Source: Amphiscolops sp. MND2022 (lineage: Eukaryota). Taken from it: a DNA stretch of 64,000 nt. Of the stretch, positions 11,184-21,590 are shown piece by piece. Numbering within the stretch: position 1 is the stretch's first letter; the number at the start of each line of letters is the position of its first letter. The notes under the pieces are model-generated. The model was not told where the DNA came from. It worked only from the letters and a program-made list of their open reading frames with translations, and made no database searches. Where the stretch lies: contig OZ076410.1 of the NCBI GenBank assembly GCA_964187785.1, forward strand, positions 45,694,001-45,758,000. The letters are read 5' to 3'. The position numbers were made by a program, and so were the translations under genes.

Positions 11184-12617
11184 TTAAAATATAGTTCTAT
11201 AATTAAGTCCTGAATATGGGTTAAAGAAGTTTATATGACCAGTTCTAATTTCTGGTAATTCTGCGTCACAAAGATAAGAGATTGAAGTGACTAAGAATGG
11301 TGAAGGAGTTGTTTTATAAGCTACTCTTGTTGAAAGAGAAAATGGATGGGGGTTTAAAGAGTTGAATGTAACTTCGACTTCAAATTTCAATTTTAATTGA
11401 GTTTCTTGTAATCTTCGTAGTTCTCTTTGTTTTCTTGAGTTTGAGAGAGAGAGAGCTATTATTTATAAATCTAATAGGGAGTACTGTGTATCGAGGATCT
11501 TCTCTAAGACTACGAATATTCGTTGAATTAACACGGATGGGATATTCGTGTGGGTATGGTGTAGGAGGTCTCGAACAATCTTCTAAAAAGTATTCAGGTA
11601 ATTGTATCGATGAATCAGATAGTATTGAACTAGGTGAATAAACTCGTGAAAAGTTTGCGGCGCTATCTGAATTAGTGTGAGGGTCTTCCGAAATGAGAGA
11701 TGCTGATTCAAAATCTGATGTGACTTGAAATGGTAATGATAATTAAGATGGTATTGTGGGATGAGATGATGAAAGCGAAGGAGTGTCTGATCTGGGTTGT
11801 GCTTGTTGTCTGACTAGTCTTGAGTTTGTACTAGAACTAGTTAAAGATGATAATTCTTGAGAAAGTCTTCGTTGTTGAGATCTAAAGTTAAAACTAAGTC
11901 TTGCTACTCGGGTACTAGCTGTCGAATCAGAGTCTTTATCTTTGTGGTATAAGTCTGTTAAAGAAGAGGTAGTGGTTGATTTTAGACGTTCTAATTTTGG
12001 ATATAATTAAGAGAATGTAAATGAACTTATATCAGATGGTGAATTAGTTGTATGTTCTGGTATAGTTTTAATTGGAGTTTGACTTGTTGATGGTATAGGA
12101 GTATTCTTTGGAATTGTTGGTTTAGGAGTTTTTCTAATTGTCTCTGTTGCGGTTGTTATTCTGTGTGAACAGGAGCTAATGTATTGGAACTGATCAGGGA
12201 TATGAAGAGTACGGGTAGTAGGAATAGGTGGAAGAGGGGGTCTATTTATGATACTTGAAGTATCTTGCACATTAGAGGTAAGTGATTCATCACACGAGTC
12301 ACTTACAGGTGAATTTGTTTCCAAAAATGGCAAATTTTGTGATTGAGTTGTTGTTGTTGTTGTTTGAGTTTGGAGTATTGGAGTATTGTTAGGCGTTGCT
12401 GTTATTCTATCGGGAGAATATGGAGCGGATGGACTAGGGTTCGAGGGTGAGCATTCCAGTATGTCTCTATCTGAATTTAGATATGCTGTATATCCAGGTA
12501 GTTTTAGGAATGAAAGGGTTGAACTAGATGATGAATTGTTTCTAACTGATGAAGGTGAAGCTATGGCTATCAATCTTGAAGTATTATATTGTAATTTGCA
12601 GTTCTTTTTTTAATCAT
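11184..12617 (-). pseudogene. ORF-X between pol and env: S/T/P-rich protein with PSAP and LYPxL late-domain motifs
   Basis: Fragments 12573-12007 and 11390-11184 plus the intervening frame, joined across internal stops and frameshifts. PSAP at 12432-12421, LYPKL at 12006-11992, and an ordered-looking C-terminus (KFEVEVTF...TGHINFFNPY). Confidence 0.65.
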
Positions 12618-12724
12618 AAATTTCACTAATATTCTCAAATTTTTATGTTATCTTTATTTTAGTGTTCCTTTTTCAGGTTACTATTCATCTTTATTTGTTT
12701 CGAGATTCTTCATTCAACTTTCAT

Positions 12725-14382
12725 TCAACAGGATTTTTGAGAAAATGAAATCAGGTCCTTTTCACCAAGGAAAAGTTGATAGTCTTTTCGTGGTTGTGGG
12801 CGGAAATCGTATCTGTCATGGGTGTGTCTTCGGGGATTAATATAATTGTCATAGTCGTGAATATTAGATTGGTTTTCTGGGTTGGTGTAACTGATTTGTT
12901 GTTTGTTTTGTTGATACGGAAATGAGGAGTATTGGCTAAATGATTCCGGTCGGAAGTCATTTGTGAATGGTTTTTCCGTTTCTTTATCGGAATTTGTTAT
13001 TTCGTCTTCAACTAATTGTTCTTCATCTGAAAAAGACACAAAAGGATTTATTGAGTCGTTTGTACTTGAGTTATTATTTTCAGTATTATTATCAGTAGAA
13101 TGTGGCTTATATTTTTGTATGAAAGGGAAAATGATTGGTTCTCTTGGGTAGTAAGGAACTAAATGGTTTCTATGTATATGAGAAGAATAACCATCTTGAT
13201 TAACAATTTCATATGTAATGTCAGAAATTCTATCAATGATTTTAAATGGTCCAATTCTGAGTGGCTTTAGTTTATCTGAAAAAAGAACATGGAGAAAATT
13301 TCTTTTTAATACAAAGGTACCGATGTCTAAGGGTCTTGGATTATTATATGTTTAATTGAAATAGGCAAATGAAATAATTTTTCTTTTTGTATTTTCATAT
13401 ACTGTGTGGTAAATTTCTATCATAGCTGTTTCCGTAGCCAGAATCCATTGTGGAATTGGTTTTGACAAGGTTTTATGGGAGAAGGGGTTTAAATTTGATT
13501 TGTCGTAGTGTGTATGAAGTGGTAAATTCTGACAAAATCGAGATGTACAGTTTCTATAAGTATCTCGTTGGAGATTGAGTTCAAAGTTGATTGGGATTCT
13601 TGGTATAGTGTGAAATACTATTTCGTATGGCAAAAGATTTAATTCAGAGAGTGGTTGTGAATTATGTGCATAAGCGTACATATGGACTTGGGTAGACCAG
13701 TTTTCTGGTGTATTATGCAAGAAAAGTCGAAGAAGGGTTCCAAGACTTTCGTTTTGATTTTCTACTAAACCATTTGTCCGTGGTGCGTAAGTTGTTCTTG
13801 GTGAATGTCTAATTCCCATTGTAGTACAAAGGTTTGCAGGTTCAGATTTAATGTATTCGTAACCTCGATCTGTAACTAAATACACGGGGGGTCCAAATTT
13901 AGTTATCCAATGATGTAGTAGAGTGTTGACAGCGTTTTGGGCATTGTTTTGTTTAACAGGTACTGTTAATACAAAGTGGCTAAAAGCGTCTACTATCACA
14001 TGAATATATGAGTTTTGATTAGATGGTGGATTTATAGGGCCTCTTGTATCCATTGATATTCGATAGTTGAAATTTAAACATTTTCTGAAAATGTTTGTAC
14101 TGTTGCAGTTTGAATTTTTTGGTTAATGTGTTTGTTTTGTTGACATTCAATACAATCATGAATGAATATCGACATCCATTCATTTAAAAATGGTATAAAA
14201 TAAAATTGATTAAAAACTTTTATGGAAATTTTAATTCCTGAATGTCCATGTGCATGGAGTTCATTGAAAGCTGCGTGAAAGAGTGTAAATGGTAGACATA
14301 TTTTGTCGTTTTGATTTGGGTTTGAATCACGTATATTAGGATAATATATATGGATGATTTTTGTTTCATGATTTATGTACAA
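12725..14382 (-). pseudogene. pol: Integrase (zinc finger, DDE core, GPY/F domain) with C-terminal extension
   Basis: HAHGH...CIEC zinc finger; MDTRGP...VIVDAFS...TDRG...NGLVE core; GPFKIIDRISDITYEI...HRNHL GPY/F motif. Confidence 0.95.
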
Positions 14383-14915
14383 TTGGTGGAAGAGTTTGTG
14401 GTAAACTGATAGGAAAGAGTTACTTGCTATTGTTGGATCTATTTGTAAAGGTCTTTTGTTAATTTGTAACCAATGATAAACTTTTTGTAGAACGGGATCG
14501 TGTTTTTGTTGTTATTTTATAGTTTCAATTGTTATTGGGGTATCGTCTGGGAGCAAGAAACAATGAAAATATTTTTTATACTTAAAGAAGGATGGATCAA
14601 AAAATGGAACTTGTTGATTGCAATAATCAGATTCAGTGGGATATTGTATAGCAAGGGTTTGTTCTTTAAATATATTTGTGTTCTGATCTTTTATATCTTG
14701 TGGTTGATTTGGTTCGTCTTCATCATTAAGAATATCAGTATCATTAAGGATAGTTGATTGTTGTAGAAGTGATTTTGCTTTATTCTTTGTGGGTCTCTTG
14801 TGTTTAGATTCAAATACATGGAACAATGGATTGAAAGGAAAATGAATCTAAAGGATTTATATGAATATCTTCTCCTTTGTTGTCTATGCTAATGGAAAAT
14901 TGATCTTCTCCATAG

Positions 14916-16697
14916 TCAGCGAGTGGCAATCATTTTTTGATTGTATTTGATTTCTTCATGTTTCACTAAATAGTGTACAGGTTTGAGTTGGTTGTCTTTG
15001 ATAATAGAGAAATTGTTTTGAGGTGGCAATTGTTTATGTCGTAGTTGATGTATTTGAAGTTGTTTTTTGGTAAAGGTTCTTGAAAGCATATCTGCTACAG
15101 TTACGTTTTTTCCAGGGATGTGAATAATTTTGAGTTTTGAAAACTTTGTGAGTTGCATTTGTGCTCTATAAAATCTTGGGCTAAGGTTTCGTGTTTTGGC
15201 AAAACAGTGTAATAAAGGTTTGTGATCTGTAAAGATGTATATTGGATGAGGAGATCCAATAAAGGGAAATTCGTATATTTGTAATGCATAGACTATTGCA
15301 AGAAGTTCTCGGTCTAATGTTGAAAGTTTTTGTTCTTGGGTGTTGAGGATTCGTGAGTTATAAGAAATAACTTTCATTTTATTTTCTTCGTTCATTTGGA
15401 ATAGGACTGCTCCTAAGCCAATTAAGGAAGCATCGACTGGTATGAAAAATGGATGTTTGGTATTGAGTATGGTTAATTCGGTGTCTGCTGTCATTGAATT
15501 TTTAACATCTAGGAACATATTTTCTAATTCAGGTGTCCATTGGAATTTTACGTGGTCGTGCAATAAGGTAGATAGCGGTTTGAGATTTGAATGAAATTTT
15601 TCAAGGAATTTGGAATAAAAGTTTACGCTTCCTAAAAACTGCATAACATCTTTCTTATCTTTTGGTGATGGGATTCTTTTAATGGCTTCAATTTTTGAAG
15701 GGATTGGTTTAATTGTGTTATTTCCTATTTCATGTCCAAGAAATTTTACTTTAAGTAACATGTAAAGTGATTTTTCAGGTGCAAGTTTGAGATTTTCTTT
15801 TGTTGCTAATTTATGGAGTTCTTTGATGAGTTCAAACAATTCTTGTTTTTCATCTACTAGTAGTAATATATCATCAATATATACTAGTGCAGAACGTTTA
15901 TCTATGAGTGATCGAAAGAAGGTTGACATCTGTTTTGTGAAAAAGTTTGGGAGCCGTTTTAAACCATAGAATCTACGGATAAAGGTTTATAATTTGTCTC
16001 CGGATGAAAATCCTGTGAGTTTGATTGTTTCTTCATCTAAAGGAGTATGCGCATATGCGTACATTAAATCAATGATTGATTTGTATTTATTGTTAGCTCT
16101 GGCTAATTGGGGGGCTAAAGGTTCAATGGGCCAAGATTCAAGTTCTTGATTAGTGTTTGAATTTAAGTGTCTTGCATCTAGAACAACTTTTATTGAGTCT
16201 CCTTTAGGAATAATAATTGCAGGGTGTAAAAATGTTGTTCCAATTGTGTGTTTTTCATCTGACGAAGAGCCAATTTGTTTTATTATATTATATTTCTCAA
16301 GTTCTGTTAAGAGTTTGTTTAATCTATATCGATAGTGAATTGGTACCTTAGAGGGTCTTTGCGTTTGCAGTTTATAACTTTCTTTAATTCTAATTCTGAA
16401 AGGAGTAGAAATTTTTCCTACGTCATTTTTGTGTTTAGCGTAACAATGTTGGTTGTTTATAAGAATACTGCATAGGTTTACATATACAGTATTAGTTAAA
16501 TCTGAGTATTCGAAGTTTTTTATAAATTGATGATTTTCTGCAGTATATGGTAGGGAAGGAAAATCTTTTCTGATTTTATCTGAAGGTCGAAGATTTCCTG
16601 TGACAGAAGGTATAGGTAATTGAAGGGCTTTGTCATTGATTTCTATTTCACTAATTTCTAATAAGGGTTGTGGAATTACTCGAGTACATAAATTCAT
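14916..16697 (-). pseudogene. pol: Reverse transcriptase and gypsy-type RNase H
   Basis: VVLDARHLN, IIDLMYAY, VYIDDILL, KFLGH, FLGSVNFY; RNase H motifs VDASLIGLG, RELLAIV, TDHKPL, ADMLSR. Confidence 0.95.
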
Positions 16698-17249
16698 ATC
16701 TGTATAATCATTTTGTTTAATTGGAATAGTAGTATCAGGATGATAGGTATGTATTACTGAATGAATGAGTGAGTTTACGTCTTGAACTCTATAATGAGGA
16801 GGTGTTGTTTGAATGATAGGAATCTCTATGTATCCAATAATTCCTCGTGGTAGTGTACCTGGATGAGATGTGAAGTTTTGAATTACTGTTGAGCATGAGT
16901 CTTTATTTTCTAATAAGATGAAAAAAATAAGATGTCTAAGAAATGAAAAAAATCTTTAAATTTTTGTAAGAAGTATGTATATGGAATTGATGGGTAGAAT
17001 TTAGTATTATCTTCTAGTTCAAAGTGTAAGTTGAAATAATTTTTGATTGGGAAATGTATAGTCTTTCTTGACCTCGGTTTAAAGTGAATTGGTTCTTTAC
17101 ATTTATTGGTATAAATGTATGAAATATATGGGTAATCTTTTTCTGTGAATGTCGAAATGTGTGTTTTTGTTGGAAGTTTTGGATGTTGTTCTTTTTAGGT
17201 CATAATGTTTTGTTGAAAGTCTTAATTTTGAATTTTTTTTCTTGACGAA

Positions 17250-17560
17250 AGGTGCTCCAAGAATATAGTACTTAATGTTTGCTACTGCAAATTCAATATT
17301 GAAAGATCGTTTTTGATGATTTACTTCGGTACATGTCATCGAAACATAATTTACTATTGGTACTTCAGTTTGGTTGGCAACTGTAAGAGTTTTTGCTCGT
17401 TTATTTTCAATGTCCCTTGGAACATTAAGGTTTAATTATTTTGCAATTACATGAAATGTTGATAGGTTTAAAACTGAAATAGAATCTCCAGTATCTAAGA
17501 GAAATAGAATTTCTAATTTTGAAGGTAATATGTTGTCTTTTCTTTCAGAAGCATGTATAT
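17250..17560 (-). pseudogene. pol: Retropepsin aspartic protease
   Basis: LFLLDTG (DTG at 17495-17487) and YYILGAPF, in frame with the end of gag. Confidence 0.85.
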
Positions 17561-17599
17561 ATAGTGGATAAAACCAACTATACGGAGTAATTGTGTTTG

Positions 17600-19407
17600 C
17601 AATTTCAGTGATTTGACATGTATGAACTTCAAATTTAGTACTATCTTTGTCATTAGTAGATTTAACATCTACTTGATTGATTCTGTTTTGTTGTCTGTTC
17701 TGTGAAGGTGTTCTAGATTGTGATCTGTAATCTCTTGGTTTGGATGGAAATCTATATGGGTAATTATATCGTCTAAAGGAGTTTCCTTGTGATTGAGAGC
17801 GAGATCTATATCTTGATCGAGAATTATATCTGTAATTAGTGTTGTTCCCATATGGTGATCTATATGGGGATCTGGATGGAGTTCTTCTTTGATAATGGTT
17901 GTCATATCTAGATCTAGTTGAGTTTGGACTTTGGGATCTATTGTAGTATCTTTGTCGAGAATTAGATCGATAGTTGTTTTCTGAATAATCTCTACTGTTA
18001 CTTCGGTATCTATCATTATTGCTATATCTATCACTATGGTAGGAGTAGTTTTGACTATATCTATTACGGTCATTATCTCTAGAAGAATAATCAGTTTTAT
18101 TTTCAGTTCGGTTTTCTTGAGAGTTGGGTTTACTACGTAAGTGTTGTACAAAATTTTGTTGGGAGTTCTTGGTCTCGGATTTCTATTTTTTTGGTATTCT
18201 TCGTCACGTTGTTTTTGATAACAATTTGAAACACCGTGATTGTTTTTACGACAATAAGAGCAATATTTCTTGTAAGCTGGTTTACTTTTGTTATTTGGGT
18301 CTCCAGGCTGAGTAACCATTATATGGTCAGGTTCTAATTCCTTGTCATTATTGTCATTCTCATTGGATATTTTGTTTATCTCTAAGGCTGGATCATTGGT
18401 TCTTTTTTTTCGTTAGCAATATCTTCAGAGTCAACATGTCGAACAAGTGTGTGAGATGGTATAGATGGTTCAAGTAACGTTGATACGTGTTTAACTTGTC
18501 TTTTGTGTGCAAAATCCTTTAACTTTTTAGGTAGTCCTTTTGTAAAAATTTCATTGTTTTTAAGGCTTATAGTGGCTGCATTTTCATTCCACCATCCTTT
18601 TTTAACTAACTGTTGTACTCGGAGAGCGAAATGGCGTACTGTTTCATTATCTTTTTTCATGAGTGACATAGCTTCTACTTGTGCGTAATAAGCTGTTTTT
18701 TGAGATAGAAATTGTTTTTCAAACAATTGTACAAATGAATTCCATTGTTGTTTATATGATATATGGAGGTTAGTGTACCAATCAAGGGCTGTTCCTATTA
18801 AAGAACAATATATAAAAATATGTATATGCCATGCGTCTACTATGCCATGATCTGTATTTTACAGGAATATTCTGAGGTTCTTCAACTATGGCAAAGGTTA
18901 ATCTTGCTACAACTTTGTGTATTCTTCTGGGGTGTAAGAGTGATCTAAACCGTCGAAAGGTTTCATAGGTTCTGGTAATGAAGCTGAAGTATTTATGAAT
19001 GTATCTTGTTGTATTGGTATATACTGAAGTGAAGGAACTACAGATTGTGCCATGTTTACAGTTGGTGAAATTTGAGTGGGGTTGTGAGTCGTATGTTGAT
19101 TCATTTGATATACGGGGTCGATTAATATATACGAAAGTGGAGGATTTTGGGATCGTCTTTGAGAAGATTGTACAATGTAAGAATATGGTATCCTTTGATT
19201 TCGTAAAGGAGAATTTGTTTCTGCGGAATTTGTTGATAGCGGATGTGCGTATGGGTAATGTGTCTCGGCACTTCTTTGCACACTTTTTACAGTGAATAGA
19301 GACGTGGAGTAGGTTTCCGAAGACTCCTGGCCTCCTTGAGGTTTTACTCGTTCCGGTGAGGACTTAAGGAAAAAGCGTTTTATAACGTCTGAAATTTTCC
19401 GAAACAC
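17600..19407 (-). pseudogene. gag: Gag of element B (capsid, single CCHC knuckle, RS/RY-rich tail)
   Basis: KPFDGLDHSYTPEEY, ALDWY...WNSFVQLFEKQF, KKDNETVRHFALRVQQLV, CSYCRKNNHGVSNC, then about 150 aa rich in R/S/Y. Confidence 0.9.
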
Positions 19408-19628
19408 GTTTTAAGGCTCGTGGGCTGTTCGTACTTGCACAGCGCTTTCACAAGCACACAGGGCTAGAAAATCAACTTGGTTTGGGGTGTTTTATTTCCA
19501 AGCACTAACAGGACGTGTTTACATGAAATTTACACGTAGATCTTAGGTACACGCATGGTTACGAAATTGAGAACAGATTTGAGCTGCTCCCCTTGTACGC
19601 ATATTCACTTAGGTATAGACGTGCGGTA

Positions 19629-19641
19629 CCACTATGCACCA
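19629..19641 (-). promoter_or_regulatory. Candidate primer-binding site of element B
   Basis: Minus strand TGGTGCATAGTGG, complementary to a tRNA 3' end ...ATGCACCA (the end of eukaryotic tRNA-Gly). It lies about 230 nt upstream of gag and about 125 nt downstream of a TATATA motif. Confidence 0.4.
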
Positions 19642-20578
19642 AGATACACTATTTTTCACGTCTACTTCAAGATTGCTATTCACTGGAAAGATCTAGCAAC
19701 CTCAAATTCTCTGTCACAACGTAGTAACTAGCACAGGTTACGATGATGGGCTGCTATATAGTCCCGCTCTTCGGCTAAGGTGCCTGGGTTTTTCGGAAGT
19801 TTTTCGAAAAAACAGGCTTTTTGCACAACTTTTTGAGTGACACATTTTCGCTATTTTCTCAACAAGTATCACACAAATCGGCAACAAACTTGGTAGTCTA
19901 TGCCAGTGGGTGTCTACAATGCCACTGAAGAGGTCGACTTGAAGCGCGCAGGCACACCTAAGGTTTCGACCCCGTATGGACGTTTCTCGCGAAAAAAAAC
20001 ACCAATTTCGGCATTTTTTTTCACGAATTGACCAAGAGGGTTGACTCAGAAAGTGATACGGCAGGCAAAAAGGGACCAGCGTGTTGCCACACTATCCGTA
20101 GCACTGGGATAAACCTTCAATTGGCTGTGCCTGTTAGGTATTAGGGACCGACAGTCCTGTAGTTTTAGATTTTATTGGCTCTTTTTTCGCTTTCTGAGGT
20201 TGAAACGTCAGAGAGCTTTTCTCGACTTTGGTTAGCAAACTTTTGGCAATAGTATTATTTATTGTGGTGGTTACGAAAATGCAAATTCTTTTTAGCTAGG
20301 GTTCGGGAATTAATGACCAGACCCTAACAACTGGACAGTCCGGTTTTATGGAAATTTGGTTAAACTCAGTGAGTTTTTCCACTTTTTTCTTCACTGAATG
20401 AGAATTTTCGCATGCGGTTTCCACCACCATGCGTTTTTGTTATAGAGTTAGGGTACGATAAGTAATAACTCAGTAGGAAACTCAATGTGCACAGTGAATA
20501 TGTTTCAGGTACAAAAGACGGGAAGCAATACTTATTAGATCAAGACCATTTGGCAACTGAGCCAATATCAAACTTCGA

Positions 20579-20778
20579 NNNNNNNNNNNNNNNNNNNNNN
20601 NNNNNNNNNNNNNNNNNNNNNNNNNNNNNNNNNNNNNNNNNNNNNNNNNNNNNNNNNNNNNNNNNNNNNNNNNNNNNNNNNNNNNNNNNNNNNNNNNNNN
20701 NNNNNNNNNNNNNNNNNNNNNNNNNNNNNNNNNNNNNNNNNNNNNNNNNNNNNNNNNNNNNNNNNNNNNNNNNNNNNN
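20579..20778. other. Assembly gap (200 N)
   Basis: Run of N. Confidence 1.
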
Positions 20779-20827
20779 TAATCTGCCCAATATGACGCTG
20801 AAAATTAATGTAAAGTAAATTCCTAAC

Positions 20828-21216
20828 CTTTTAGACTTTGAGTACTTTTCGAGCTGCTGTAAACTGTCCAAATTACTTGATTCGGCATTGTAACTTTCAG
20901 CTGAAATTCCGATAGCTCTTTCTTTAGCATAGTGTTGACTCGGCAACTGAACAATCGATTGATATTGATGTAATTTACTTTCCAATTGTTTTCTCTCAAG
21001 ATCTCCGTTCTTGAGAAGCTGACGCAGTTCATATAGACAAGAATCTTTAGTTTTGAGCAACTTTTGAAGTTCCTGAACCTGGTTTGTTGCTTCAATAAGT
21101 TCTGCATCTTTTGAGCGTAGGAGTACCTGAAGCTCTTCTAAGAGACTGGCCATTTTCACAACTTCGGCATCTTTGGCGCTAAGAAGCATGCGCAGATCAG
21201 CAAGATGATTTGCCAT
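20828..21216 (-). CDS. PRKG1: cGMP-dependent protein kinase, first coding exon (leucine-zipper dimerisation domain and autoinhibitory segment)
   Basis: Heptad coiled coil followed by KERAIGISAE (PKG pseudosubstrate RAQGISAE) and KYSKSK-R, ending at a phase-2 donor AG/GTTAGG. This resembles the PKG-I exon 1 end. Confidence 0.9.
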
Positions 21217-21590
21217 GCCACGAATTTAAAACGTCAACTTCATCATTTCACACTGAAAGGAAAGGAACAGTGGTACAACCAAAATCTCCATTCCAATAAG
21301 GAAACGAGAACCATATTTCATCCATTTCCCGCGAATATCACATTCATAAATAAGAAAGCTCTCAATTCGCCTTTTGCTCTGAAGCAGAACATGAGCCGTA
21401 CGACCCTGCTAAAAAGTGAAACACTGGCGTTGTTAGTGATAAGTCGAATAATTGGTGAGATTGAAAAACCCATTTGGTCTAATGGTAAAGGCGATTGACT
21501 GCTAGTGTAGTAGTAAAAGACTTAAATTCTACTTTTCTGTAGATATTAAACAGCCTGATTATTTATGATTGAAAATATAAGAAACAAGAA

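Larger units (their letters stand above)
4900..19780 (-). mobile_element. Large env-bearing Ty3/gypsy (Metaviridae-like) endogenous retroelement B, decayed; boundaries approximate
   Basis: Collinear gag, aspartic protease, RT, RNase H and integrase in gypsy order, then an extra ORF, a glycoprotein and several downstream ORFs, all on the minus strand with scattered frameshifts and stops. Confidence 0.9.

Noticed and set aside
17669-18319. 216-aa ORF as listed in the track
   Set aside because: Only the first third (CCHC knuckle) is real. After a frameshift near 18150 the true Gag continues in another frame as the RS-rich tail.
20482-20827. Extension of the PKG ORF through the N run
   Set aside because: Artefact: a splice donor sits at 20827 and the remainder is intron or gap.
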